Virus record (IMG/VR): IMGVR_UViG_3300042938_002732
Location: 31,363 to 95,362 of that record
Reading direction: 5' to 3' (one strand)
Source: a virus
DNA: 64,000 nucleotides
Part shown: piece after piece, positions 47,038-56,015 of the stretch
Layout of the letters: each line of letters starts with the position of its first letter
Numbering within the stretch: the first letter of the stretch is position 1
The notes under the pieces: model-generated
The model's input: only the letters and a program-made list of their open reading frames with translations
The model's database searches: none
Told to the model about the DNA's origin: nothing
Translations under genes and position numbers: made by a program

Positions 47038-47646
47038 TTAAAAATCCCACCTGTGTTTGAGCCAGTGGGGGCTTTCTTGGTTCGGTGAGCGGAGTTGGCG
47101 CGGGTATGGGGAGTCGGTGCGCTTGGCCACGAAGCCCTCGAAGACCTCGGCGCTCCAGAGTTTGTTGCACGTTTGTAGTGTCTCCCATATCTCGTTAAGG
47201 CCTTCGCTTTCGCGGTGCGAAGGTAATAGCATGAGTCGGTTGTTGGGGAGGGATGCGGATTCTGAATAACCGATTTCCCATGTTCTGCTATGCAAGCGAT
47301 TGTAAATGTTCTGGCGGCGTTCGTCGTAGGTCGCCTTGTCGGGAGCGAGGTAGTCGAGGATGACGAGGCTGCCGCGCCCGAGGGCGTGGCGGCGCTCCAG
47401 AGCTTCGCAGTCGAGCCATTCCATTTCGGGCGGCAGGTCGGCGGTGCGGATCGCTTCCAGCACAGCGGCAAACTCCTTTTCTATCGAGAGGCGCTTACCT
47501 TGCCGGTTCCACATTTCGCCTGTGGGTGCGTGGACGACGGCCCGCCAGCCATTGACTTTGGGTTCGTAGGCCCACAGGCCGCGCTTGAGGCGATCCGGTT
47601 TGAATGGGCCGCCATTGATAGGACGGAGAGGATAGGATGGGATCAT
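47038..47646 (-). CDS. Minimal ATP-dependent ligase-like nucleotidyltransferase
   Basis: Motif I EPKVNGWR, III LDCE, IIIa ILDY, IV EGFVAKR, V WLKHR. Confidence 0.8.
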   Translation of the reverse strand: MIPSYPLRPINGGPFKPDRLKRGLWAYEPKVNGWRAVVHAPTGEMWNRQGKRLSIEKEFAAVLEAIRTADLPPEMEWLDCEALERRHALGRGSLVILDYLAPDKATYDERRQNIYNRLHSRTWEIGYSESASLPNNRLMLLPSHRESEGLNEIWETLQTCNKLWSAEVFEGFVAKRTDSPYPRQLRSPNQESPHWLKHRWDF

Positions 47647-47654
47647 GGAGAGTT

Positions 47655-48062
47655 TTACTTAATAATCAGAGCTAAGTGCTCTATGAGTTTTTCTTTCGCT
47701 AATTCGAGGGGGACTGGACACGCTCCGAAGATGCTGCGGTTTTCAACAGACACTCTGAATGTCCCGTCTTCTTTAGCGTGGATGCCGAGACCTGTGTTTC
47801 CCCTATGCCACTGCCAGAACTCCACATGGTCAGATAAATCCTTGTTGAAATACATGGATATGTGATCTCTCACAAGGGGACGATCCCTGCCGTTGCCGTA
47901 GCTTTTTGCGGGTAAGTCCAAGACATCCTTCACTATCTCTCGGAGAGGAGTGAAGGTGCGGATGCGGGCTTCTTGATCCGCGTTCTCCTTGGCTTTATTT
48001 AAGTCCGCTTCGGCTTGGATTGCGTTCTGCTTTGCTTTGATAAGCTCTAATGTTGTATTCAT
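47655..48062 (-). CDS. Hypothetical protein
   Basis: In-operon ORF. Confidence 0.65.
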   Translation of the reverse strand: MNTTLELIKAKQNAIQAEADLNKAKENADQEARIRTFTPLREIVKDVLDLPAKSYGNGRDRPLVRDHISMYFNKDLSDHVEFWQWHRGNTGLGIHAKEDGTFRVSVENRSIFGACPVPLELAKEKLIEHLALIIK

Positions 48063-48259
48063 TTACTGGTTGGATGTTGTGTTTCATTTCTTTGAGGAGG
48101 GCGCGTGTCTGCTGCGCCCAAAGGTAGGTCGAATCGTTCGCCCCGAATTGGTCGCGGAGCTTTTGGAGGGTGTCGCCGTCTGTGATGAGCGTGTCGGCAT
48201 CAATCAAGAGTTCGGTGATGGACTGGAGCGTTTCGATGGGGAGTGAGAATCGAGTCATT

Positions 48260-48721
48260 TTATGCGGCTTGAGCGAGGTGTTGAGCGATGGTGAAGACTC
48301 GGTGGCGACCGCAGCCACGGCGCATGAGCGCCAGGCCGTTGTGTTTCCGGTTGAGTTGGCGCTCGCAGAGCAGGCCGAAGCGACTCATCGAGGAGTAGCT
48401 ATCGGCATTTTCTGAGGTGAGCCATGCCCGGAATAAACCAAGCTTTACAGCCACGGCCCGTATTTCCGGGCTTTGCCACTCGCGGGTGGCGTCTTGTCCG
48501 TATAGCTCTAAGAGCATGGTTCGGAAGTCGCTTGTCTCCGAGTCGATCGGGATCGGGCCTTCCATCGAGGGTTCGTTGTCGTATTGGATTTGCAGGAGAC
48601 GAATGCCATGAAATATGGCATTCGCCTTGGAGACCTTGCATTGGCCCTGCACAAGCTCGCGCAGGGTGGAGACGATGATCTCGTTGATCTCCTCAGTTGT
48701 TGATGGGTTGTCTGTATCCAT
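48260..48721 (-). CDS. Protein resembling the C-terminal domain of the 35231 ATPase
   Basis: DSE, GLF, SxSRF and GxGRxR blocks align in order. Confidence 0.6.
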   Translation of the reverse strand: MDTDNPSTTEEINEIIVSTLRELVQGQCKVSKANAIFHGIRLLQIQYDNEPSMEGPIPIDSETSDFRTMLLELYGQDATREWQSPEIRAVAVKLGLFRAWLTSENADSYSSMSRFGLLCERQLNRKHNGLALMRRGCGRHRVFTIAQHLAQAA

Positions 48722-48731
48722 GCTGAGTCCT

Positions 48732-48764
48732 CTCCGTGCTCTCTGTGTCCTCTGTGGTTAATTT
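48732..48764. repeat. CACAGAG-type REP-like mini repeat (copy 1)
   Basis: Nearly identical to 50520-50552; related copy inverted at 59219-59245. Confidence 0.75.
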
Positions 48765-49429
48765 CATTTCTCCTTCCTCCCCTTGGTCTTGACCATCGCG
48801 ATGATCGGGCAGGCGGCATCGACGGCCATGTTCTCCTCGATCGTGAGGGCGGTGTGGCGGGCGGTGTGGAAGTCGGGTGTGGGCTTGATGACCGCTTTGG
48901 CGCTGAGGGCTTCGGGGCAGTTGTGGCTGGCGAAGAGGTTTTGGATCTCGCCGATGAGTTCCTCGGCGCGGTCGGCGGGGATTTTGTCGCCGTCGATCTT
49001 GAGTTCGAAGCTCTGGCGAAAGAATTGGGCGGTGAGTTCAGGGCCGAGAGCCTCGATCAAAGGGTATTCGTCCGTGAGGGTCGAGTAGCGGGAGGAGAAG
49101 GTGACGAGCACTTTCTCATCCGGTTTCTCACCCTTGATTTCCACGGAGCTGGGGATTTCGTGCTTGCCGTGGAGGTGTTGGAAGTAAAACTCTTGCGACC
49201 TGGCTCGGAGTTCATGCTTCTTGAGCTTGAGGCTGCCTTCGATGGTTTCAAATTCGCGTGTCTCCGAGATGATCTCGGAAGCGAGTTTGGCGACATCGCC
49301 GGACGGGTCTGGCAGCAGAGGGTAGTCTGTGCCCTTCTTCTCGGTCTTGGTGGCGATGCCTCCAAGGTTGATTTTCTTGATTCCCGCTGCGGGAGCGGCG
49401 GCTGGTTTGGCTTTTGTGGCTGTTGGCAT
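48764..49429 (-). CDS. Hypothetical protein
   Basis: 221 aa, strong codon bias, A/C-rich leader. Confidence 0.75.
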   Translation of the reverse strand: MPTATKAKPAAAPAAGIKKINLGGIATKTEKKGTDYPLLPDPSGDVAKLASEIISETREFETIEGSLKLKKHELRARSQEFYFQHLHGKHEIPSSVEIKGEKPDEKVLVTFSSRYSTLTDEYPLIEALGPELTAQFFRQSFELKIDGDKIPADRAEELIGEIQNLFASHNCPEALSAKAVIKPTPDFHTARHTALTIEENMAVDAACPIIAMVKTKGRKEK

Positions 49430-49451
49430 GGTTTGGGTTTTTGGGTTGGGG

Positions 49452-49733
49452 TTAAAGTGAGGCGGTTTCGAGCATTTTATTTTGGGTGAGGTAGTCTAAG
49501 AGGCATTCAGCGTCCTCTTCGGTAAGGATTTTGTCCTCATACCTGGCGAGGTCTATGTTCGTGTCGGGGTAAATGAGGCCGTCAGCTTCCTCGCGGGTGA
49601 GTGTGAGGGTATCCTCATCATCCAGATGAACAGCGAGCAAAAGTCTTTCCAGCTTGCCGTTACGCCAGTCTTCTTCCGGCAGGGAGGCCATAAGGTGGGC
49701 GGCGGCGATGGTGGTGTAGGTGGTAGGTTTCAT
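49452..49733 (-). CDS. Hypothetical protein
   Basis: Coupled ORF. Confidence 0.6.
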   Translation of the reverse strand: MKPTTYTTIAAAHLMASLPEEDWRNGKLERLLLAVHLDDEDTLTLTREEADGLIYPDTNIDLARYEDKILTEEDAECLLDYLTQNKMLETASL

Positions 49734-50041
49734 AAAGCGAGGTGCTCGATCAGCGTGATATCGAGTATTGTGAGTTGAGTTTGGTCTGCATCCGTTTCTG
49801 CATCATCATCATTCAAAAACATGGATGATCCTGAGACTTTCACGCTTTGGTTTTTCCCCTCGCTGAATTTTAGCGAATACTCCAGCCCTTCGTCTTCCCA
49901 GCTCAGATAAAGAAATTCATTGTCTTCGCTGTCTTTTAATTCCGAGAGTCTTGGATATACTAATACGGAATCGTCGATAACGACTGCCGTTGTGTATCTT
50001 TCAAGTATTTCGTAAGCTCCTTTAAGTGATATGGTTTTCAT
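49730..50041 (-). CDS. Hypothetical protein (paralog of 40358-40699)
   Basis: Shared N-terminus and FSxxxNxxVK motif. Confidence 0.65.
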   Translation of the reverse strand: MKTISLKGAYEILERYTTAVVIDDSVLVYPRLSELKDSEDNEFLYLSWEDEGLEYSLKFSEGKNQSVKVSGSSMFLNDDDAETDADQTQLTILDITLIEHLAL

Positions 50042-50270
50042 TTTTGTGGTGTAAGGCGCAGGCTTTTGATTGGGTGGGTGGACTTCGTAGATCATGGATT
50101 TTGTAGGCTGACCCTCACGACATCTTGCTCGTATTTTTCGGGCACATCGAACTCATGCCCGATGTTAAATGTCTCATTTGCTTCCTCGATTGCGGCTTCT
50201 CGCGACTCGGCTTCGATGGTGAAAGTTTTTATGATTGTGGCTTTTATGGTGACTTCGTAGGCTTTCATTT

Positions 50271-50510
50271 TTAGGGATTTATAATAAAGTCGCCATAGAA
50301 GATCCCGTCGTGTTCGATGAGGTCGTCTTTCCAAAAAACATCTAAGATGCACTCCGAATTGAGGTATACTATTAAATGTTGCCCATAAGTTACTTGAACT
50401 TGGTCGCACTCGATGGTCTTGTCTTCTGGTTTCCAGTCGTCGATGAAATGAGGGCTATCCTCATTCCATGCGTCTTTCGTTTTTGCTCCGTTGAATAAAC
50501 ATAGTTTCAT
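50271..50510 (-). CDS. Hypothetical protein
   Basis: VQVTYG...HDGIFYGDF; GAGG RBS. Confidence 0.6.
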   Translation of the reverse strand: MKLCLFNGAKTKDAWNEDSPHFIDDWKPEDKTIECDQVQVTYGQHLIVYLNSECILDVFWKDDLIEHDGIFYGDFIINP

Positions 50511-50519
50511 GGCGTATTC

Positions 50520-50552
50520 CTCTGTGCTCTCTGTGTCCTCTGTGGTTAATTT
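50520..50552. repeat. CACAGAG-type REP-like mini repeat (copy 2)
   Basis: CTCTGTGCTCTCTGTGTCCTCTGTGGTTAATTT. Confidence 0.75.
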
Positions 50553-50929
50553 TCCTTCCAGCCCCGTAGTTCTTCGTGATGAATGGGTGTGAAGTAGACA
50601 TCAATCTCGATGCCGATGCTGAGGCGGCCTTTGATGTCGGAGAGTTCTTGGAGGGAGAAGCTGCCCCACTCGTTCTCGATTCCTGTCACATAGCCGAAAC
50701 AGATGTCTTGGCCGTCCCAATCCTGGATATACCAGGTGAAGCTGCCGCAGGGGTCGAAGAGTTTGACGCGGAGGAGTTGTGATTTGGTTTCGCCCTCGTC
50801 GGTGAGGTTGTCCGTAGGCACTTCCATGAGGCGGCAGGCCTGCTGCATGAGGGCGAGTTTCTGCGGGCCGTAGGTGATGCCGGATTGGTTGATGTGGTCT
50901 TGGAGGTTGGGGTATTGTGGTGTTGTCAT
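50546..50929 (-). CDS. DUF2958-like protein
   Basis: VKLFDPCGSFTWYI...FGYV...EWGSFSLQEL...IEIDVYFTP. Confidence 0.8.
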   Translation of the reverse strand: MTTPQYPNLQDHINQSGITYGPQKLALMQQACRLMEVPTDNLTDEGETKSQLLRVKLFDPCGSFTWYIQDWDGQDICFGYVTGIENEWGSFSLQELSDIKGRLSIGIEIDVYFTPIHHEELRGWKEN

Positions 50930-50946
50930 GTTGTTTGTTCTATGAA

Positions 50947-50963
50947 AGTCTTATCATAAGACT
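50947..50963. promoter_or_regulatory. 17-bp palindrome AGTCTTATnATAAGACT (representative copy)
   Basis: Further copies at 51933, 56593, 58839, 59389, 59562, 61770, 61871 and 62301; half-site at 63691. Confidence 0.85.
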
Positions 50964-51020
50964 AAAGGCCGCAACGCTTTCGCGCTGCGACCTTTTGGTT
51001 TGTCCCAAATTTGGAAGTGG

Positions 51021-51623
51021 TTAGTAGGAGGCGAGCTTGAGCTTGTGAGCCTCGTAGGTTGCTGGATATATTTGTGTTATGTCTGGAGCTTCGGGGATAT
51101 GGAAATGGATGATGAGCGGGGTGAGCGCGTGGTTTGCAAAGATGCGGGGATCCTCTGGCACTTCGCCGTGGCAGAAGGTGTGGGTGCGCTCGAAGTCGTC
51201 ATCGAGGGCGACGATGAGTTCTTCTCCGGTGATGAGGACTTCCTCTGGCTTGCCTTGGAGCGACTTTCGCACGATGAGGCGTTTTATGAGAATCGTGTGC
51301 GTGCGGATCGGGTAGTCTATGCCAGCGGTGAAGCTGTCGCCCATATTGTGGCGGCAGGTCAGGTGGCTGACTTCATCGAGCCAGCCGAGGCGTTGCTCCT
51401 CGTTGAGCGGCATGAAGGGGGCCATGTGCCGAGCGCGGTGGCGCAGGGCGGCTTCTATGGATTTGCGGAGATCTTCGCAAATGGTTTGGGTGGTCAGGAG
51501 ATCGGTCAGAGCCTTGCGCGTTTCAGTCATCACGACCAATTCGTTTGGGCTTTTGCCGGTAAGGGGTGAGCGGTGCTTGCAGGATATGGTGCCGTGCTTG
51601 TTGAGCCAGTAGGTATATTGCAT
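51021..51623 (-). CDS. Hypothetical protein
   Basis: 200-aa in-operon ORF. Confidence 0.7.
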   Translation of the reverse strand: MQYTYWLNKHGTISCKHRSPLTGKSPNELVVMTETRKALTDLLTTQTICEDLRKSIEAALRHRARHMAPFMPLNEEQRLGWLDEVSHLTCRHNMGDSFTAGIDYPIRTHTILIKRLIVRKSLQGKPEEVLITGEELIVALDDDFERTHTFCHGEVPEDPRIFANHALTPLIIHFHIPEAPDITQIYPATYEAHKLKLASY

Positions 51624-51932
51624 TTAGATAGTAAGATAGAGAAATTCCCTCGCCAGCGTCTTGAGCCGGGCCATGTGGTGGGAGTTGAGCGGGTGCAGGT
51701 TGGTTGCTGCCTCAAGGGCTGCGATGTCGCCTCCGCTGGGGCGGTGTAGATCGAGGATGCGGCGAGCGGTTTCGGCGTAGATTGCGGCCAGTTCTTCTTC
51801 TATGGCTCGCAGTTTGCGTTGAAGGATTGTGACCTGGTTTTCGTTGGCCAGCATCTCGTCGTGGAGGGCTTGATTCTCCATGATGAGGCTGCTGATCTCT
51901 GCTGCGAGGAGTGGTATTGTCATTGTTTGCAT
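51624..51932 (-). CDS. Hypothetical coiled-coil protein
   Basis: ATG abuts the palindromic motif. Confidence 0.65.
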   Translation of the reverse strand: MQTMTIPLLAAEISSLIMENQALHDEMLANENQVTILQRKLRAIEEELAAIYAETARRILDLHRPSGGDIAALEAATNLHPLNSHHMARLKTLAREFLYLTI

Positions 51933-51949
51933 TGTCTTATGATAAGACT

Positions 51950-52372
51950 CTAAATTCTGAACCAACCCCACAATGCTCCGTCGTTTTTGTGCGCTCCGAA
52001 ATAGAAACCCTCTGGAGAGTGCTCGTCCAGAATGTCTTTGAGAGATTCCAGCAGCGAGTCAGCGGCCTCCGAGTGCCACCACTTCGAGGAGCGGCCTTCG
52101 TCTTGGACATAGGCAGGGATCGGGCCGAAGGATGAGGCCATAAACCCCTCGTAGTGAGCCGGAGCGAACTCCGATACGGCGTCAAGAAAGCAGGGGATGA
52201 GGTCTTGTGGGTGTGTCGTGCCGCCTATGAGCGGGCCGGTGTATGGTGGTATTTCTCTGATCTCTTTGAAGTCGATTTTTTGTCCTGTGCCTTCGCACTC
52301 GGGGCAATTGTCTCTGGCGGTTCCAAGCCTGCAATGGCAGGGTTCTCCGGTTTTAGGCTGGTATGGGTTCAT
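51950..52372 (-). CDS. Conserved phage hypothetical protein with N-terminal Zn-finger-like motif
   Basis: CHC...CPECEGTG; PEGFYFGAHKNDGALWGW. Confidence 0.7.
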   Translation of the reverse strand: MNPYQPKTGEPCHCRLGTARDNCPECEGTGQKIDFKEIREIPPYTGPLIGGTTHPQDLIPCFLDAVSEFAPAHYEGFMASSFGPIPAYVQDEGRSSKWWHSEAADSLLESLKDILDEHSPEGFYFGAHKNDGALWGWFRI

Positions 52373-53426
52373 GGTGTCGTAGTTGGATGATGTGTAGGTT
52401 TTTGCGGAATCCTGTTATGCGGATGGTGTAGGAATCGGCATCGCGCTGGATCGTGTCGCCTCCATTTTCGAGCGCGTCGATGAGGTAGCGTGGCTCGACG
52501 CGGAATGGCGTGGGGCGTCCAGTGGTTATGGCCTTGTCGCGGATGAGGGTGTTCTTGGTTTGCAGGGTTATCGAGTCCCCTTCGGGAATAATCGCTATAT
52601 TTTCGGGTTTTTCTGTTTTTATGAGTTTCCGCAAGGCGTTGAGTGTGGTGTCGCTGGCGATTTGCAGGCGATTTTCGGACGGCTCGGGGATGATGCCGAC
52701 CCAATTCGGGTATTTTGTGGCCAAGGCGATGGATGTGATGCGTGTTATGACATCCTCCTTGGTTGAGACGAGGTGGATATGGCTTGCATTAAAGGAAATG
52801 CTCGCCCCCTCTTCCATAAGGGCGGCAATCGGCTGGGGAATGCTGATTCCTGCTGGCTCAGGGCAGTGGGAGGAGACTTGCTCCATGTGCAGCCTTTGGC
52901 CGTCGCATCCTACGAGGGAGTTGCCTTGCCAGAACACGCCTTCTATAGCTGGACGCAGGGCTTTTTTCTCTGCCACGCATTTGAAGCAACGCTTTACGGC
53001 GCTCGCGTCGAGTTCGCAGCTATCGTGATCTGCCTGGAAGGGGATCGGGTCTGGAAATTCGAGGTCTTGCGACTCCCATGGCACATCGGAGAGGGTGTTG
53101 CCGATCTGGATTTGAATGGACTCGGCGGTGATCGTCACATTGCTGTCTTTTTCCGCGCTCACGGCGCAGTTCAGCAGGGTGGCTGCGGGGATGAGGAATG
53201 TCTCTGGCTCTATCGGTTTGGCAAGTGCCTTGGCGAGCTGGCCGATCGGTTGTGTGCGGGGAATGCCGATCTCGATCTCGGTTTCCAAGTTGGTCGCGCG
53301 CAGGCGCGTTCCCGACCAGTCCGAGGTGGCGTGAATACACGCCAGCCCGGGGTTTACTGGCTTGGATGGGATGATTTTCGCGAGCTTGCGGCAAGCGGCG
53401 AGGAGGATGGGCTGTGGGATTTGCAT
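52353..53426 (-). CDS. DNA polymerase III beta sliding clamp-like protein
   Basis: About 357 aa; LRATNLE, GCDGQRL, YPNWVGIIP and PRYLIDAL match DnaN-family motifs. Confidence 0.75.
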   Translation of the reverse strand: MQIPQPILLAACRKLAKIIPSKPVNPGLACIHATSDWSGTRLRATNLETEIEIGIPRTQPIGQLAKALAKPIEPETFLIPAATLLNCAVSAEKDSNVTITAESIQIQIGNTLSDVPWESQDLEFPDPIPFQADHDSCELDASAVKRCFKCVAEKKALRPAIEGVFWQGNSLVGCDGQRLHMEQVSSHCPEPAGISIPQPIAALMEEGASISFNASHIHLVSTKEDVITRITSIALATKYPNWVGIIPEPSENRLQIASDTTLNALRKLIKTEKPENIAIIPEGDSITLQTKNTLIRDKAITTGRPTPFRVEPRYLIDALENGGDTIQRDADSYTIRITGFRKNLHIIQLRHHEPIPA

Positions 53427-53427
53427 A

Positions 53428-53634
53428 TTATCGAGGAAGTTTGGGGCCGACTCCGACAATCAACTTTTGCTCAAAGTCGAAGGCAGCGGCGGAGGGGTAG
53501 GTGGTGGGTATGTCGAAGTCTTCAAACATCAGTTCAAGCTCGGAACGAGCTTTTGCGTGTTTGTCGCTGAGGCCGATGCAATACTCGATGAGTTGGAGGA
53601 CTTCTTGGTTTGTCCAGTTGTTGCGTTTGATCAT
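53428..53634 (-). CDS. Hypothetical protein
   Basis: Coupled ORF. Confidence 0.55.
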   Translation of the reverse strand: MIKRNNWTNQEVLQLIEYCIGLSDKHAKARSELELMFEDFDIPTTYPSAAAFDFEQKLIVGVGPKLPR

Positions 53635-54002
53635 GTTTTTCGGGATGGTAGTGTTGTGGGCAGGTCGTGAATGTGGGCAAGCCGCCGCTCAATGTGGCGG
53701 CTAATGAATTGCCATGAGGCAATTACAGGTTCGAATGATGATTCAATATTTCCAATGTCATCATTGTAAACGCAATAAACATTGTATTTCCATGCTTTTC
53801 GGCTGCCTATTATTTTAGTTTCTTCAACTTGGATTTCAACAAACCCATCAGTTGATCGGACGATCTCATTCTCTCCGTCGTTTGTGATTTCAAAGCACAT
53901 CTCAGGTCGAAAGGCGTTGACCCAATTTTGGCCTAAGATTTTGCTGTAAGTTTCTACAAGCGCATCATAAGCAGCACTTATTGCTTCGTCGTGGGACTTC
54001 AT
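53631..54002 (-). CDS. Hypothetical protein (AT-richer)
   Basis: Coupled ORF. Confidence 0.6.
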   Translation of the reverse strand: MKSHDEAISAAYDALVETYSKILGQNWVNAFRPEMCFEITNDGENEIVRSTDGFVEIQVEETKIIGSRKAWKYNVYCVYNDDIGNIESSFEPVIASWQFISRHIERRLAHIHDLPTTLPSRKT

Positions 54003-54277
54003 TTGTTTCGAGGGAGATATTCAAAATTGCGTTCAACTCCATCTACCGCGCTACTGCGGTAGAGCGCCGCGCAAATGCCGTGTTTCTTGAGGAAATCAAG
54101 CAACCATTTAGCGTTTAATTTGTCGGAGGAAGTATCGTAGTCGAGACGGATACTTCTTAAAGGTTCGTTATCCTTTTCCCCTGACCTTGGATGCTCCGCA
54201 TAGAGATGAAGCGTTCTTTGGTTGTTGTATTTGTTGGCTTTATTTTCAAGCTCAACGAGGTGTTGAATTATGCTCAT
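53999..54277 (-). CDS. Hypothetical protein (AT-richer)
   Basis: Coupled ORF. Confidence 0.6.
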   Translation of the reverse strand: MSIIQHLVELENKANKYNNQRTLHLYAEHPRSGEKDNEPLRSIRLDYDTSSDKLNAKWLLDFLKKHGICAALYRSSAVDGVERNFEYLPRNK

Positions 54278-54287
54278 AAAAAAAGTG

Positions 54288-54512
54288 TCATTTTAGGTCG
54301 ATTGAGCAAAGTCTTACGGCAGGCAGTGTTTCACCTTCTTCCTTTGTCACCGGCAACAGGTCTTCCTTGCTGCATGAGGTGCCCCACCCCGAGTGCCACC
54401 GCACCCTTGGGTTCAGCGGGTCGTGTTTGCCTCGGTAGTGCACCACCACCCCGTGCGTGATCGCTTCGGTGGGGTGGATGGCTTTTACCCTGTCGCCGGG
54501 GGTTGTGATCAT
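54288..54512 (-). CDS. Small SH3-like hypothetical protein
   Basis: PGDRV...GVVV...VRW...EDL pattern. Confidence 0.55.
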   Translation of the reverse strand: MITTPGDRVKAIHPTEAITHGVVVHYRGKHDPLNPRVRWHSGWGTSCSKEDLLPVTKEEGETLPAVRLCSIDLK

Positions 54513-54697
54513 GTCTTCTTGGCCTTGCGGCGGGCGCGCTTCGGGGTCTCTGGTGTGGCGGGGAGTTCCAGAGTGCGTGGTGGGAGGGTGGATTTGAATG
54601 GCTCTGTGGCGAGTATGACTTCCACAGCGAGGTTGGCGGCACAGATTGCCGCCATGCGGAGCAGGCGCTCCTGGTCTTGTTGGTTTATGTATATCAT
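54509..54697 (-). CDS. Small basic hypothetical protein
   Basis: ATGA-coupled to the JAB gene. Confidence 0.55.
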   Translation of the reverse strand: MIYINQQDQERLLRMAAICAANLAVEVILATEPFKSTLPPRTLELPATPETPKRARRKAKKT

Positions 54698-55773
54698 GTT
54701 AGTTGCATTAAGATTTCATCAAATCCCATTCCTGCATCATTGCAGAGGCCAAGGGTCTCTTCGGCGATGGCTGTTTCCTCTGGGGACAAGTTAGCGCCCA
54801 TGTGTGAGAGGTTTATGATGCCGGTGAGAGTGGCGATTGATATGCGCTCGCGCAGCATGAGCGCATCTATGTAGCACACGGCCATGTCCAGCTCGTGGTC
54901 TCCCATTCCGTAGTCATCTCGCTCGGGCATGGCGAGCAGGTGGGCGGGGGTGGTCTCTTTGGCGAAAGCGGTGCGGGGCACCCATTCTTTTTCGTTTTCC
55001 AAGCCGTTGTAGCCTCGGTAGTCACGAGTGGGCGTGGTAGCTACTGGCTTGATGGCCTCTTTGATGAGGTTTTCCGCCCAGCCTGGGGGGAATTGGAGTC
55101 GATCCTTGGGCACGGGCGTGCAGAGTTGGTATTTCACGATGTCCTCGCGGATACTTTCCGGCAGGGGCATAGGGAGTGGCGGTGCGTGGAACCAGTCGGA
55201 GAGCACGGCGGTGTAGTAGGCATGGCTGGCCTTGGAGGCCACGGAGCCATCTTCAGCAAGTGTGCCTGGGATCGTGAGAGAGACGCGGGCGTGGATGGTG
55301 TGGGCGGGGCTGTTGATGTTGCCGAGGGTGATGTGGATGCCCATCTCGGTCTCATCGGCGGAGTCTGTGCCGCTTTGGAAGGCTCCGGTGGAGCAGTGGT
55401 GGTGCGCTGTGCCGAACTTGATCCAGTTTCCGCCTGCCATCTGCTCGTTGAGTTGGCGCTCGTAGTCGGGGTTGTCGGAGAGTTCCTTGGCGGTCATGCC
55501 TGTGCCGTATTTCTGCGGGAAGGCGTGGGCTTTGAACTCGCCTGTGTCGGTATTAAGCATCAGTCGCACTTGGGTTTCCGACTTGGTTTCCTCGTAGCTC
55601 CATTGGAAGAAGGACACGATCTGCTGCCAGACGGCATCGGGAATCTTGGCCCCTGTCCATCGCATAGACGGCGAGGCTTCGGTGATCGTGACTTTGGACG
55701 GCACATGGCCGATAAAGCCATTGCCGAGATTGCGGAGTTCGTAGAGGGACTTGCTGTGGGATATGAGTTTCAT
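54694..55773 (-). CDS. JAB/MPN-family metalloprotease (deubiquitinase-like)
   Basis: SETQVRL catalytic Glu and HHHCSTGAFQSGTD, matching HxH-x7-SxxD. Confidence 0.85.
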   Translation of the reverse strand: MKLISHSKSLYELRNLGNGFIGHVPSKVTITEASPSMRWTGAKIPDAVWQQIVSFFQWSYEETKSETQVRLMLNTDTGEFKAHAFPQKYGTGMTAKELSDNPDYERQLNEQMAGGNWIKFGTAHHHCSTGAFQSGTDSADETEMGIHITLGNINSPAHTIHARVSLTIPGTLAEDGSVASKASHAYYTAVLSDWFHAPPLPMPLPESIREDIVKYQLCTPVPKDRLQFPPGWAENLIKEAIKPVATTPTRDYRGYNGLENEKEWVPRTAFAKETTPAHLLAMPERDDYGMGDHELDMAVCYIDALMLRERISIATLTGIINLSHMGANLSPEETAIAEETLGLCNDAGMGFDEILMQLT

Positions 55774-56015
55774 TTGTGGTGAGTGAGGTTGGGTCTGCGG
55801 TGTGGGCTTGGTGTGCGTGGCGGGGGTCTGCGGTATTGTGTGGGCGGTGTGGGTGGCGGGGTTGGCGCGCGGTCTTCGCTATCGGGCGGCGGTGGGCTGC
55901 TGCGCGATTGCCACGCAGCAACAAGCCAGATCACCCCTATGGCGAGCAGGAGCGGGGCGGCTCCTATGAAGAACGAGGCGATGAAGAAGAGGCCGAAGAC
56001 GGCGAAGTTTTTCAT
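55770..56015 (-). CDS. Small membrane protein with Pro-rich tail
   Basis: Hydrophobic N-terminal 35 aa; ATGA-coupled on both sides. Confidence 0.65.
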   Translation of the reverse strand: MKNFAVFGLFFIASFFIGAAPLLLAIGVIWLVAAWQSRSSPPPPDSEDRAPTPPPTPPTQYRRPPPRTPSPHRRPNLTHHK

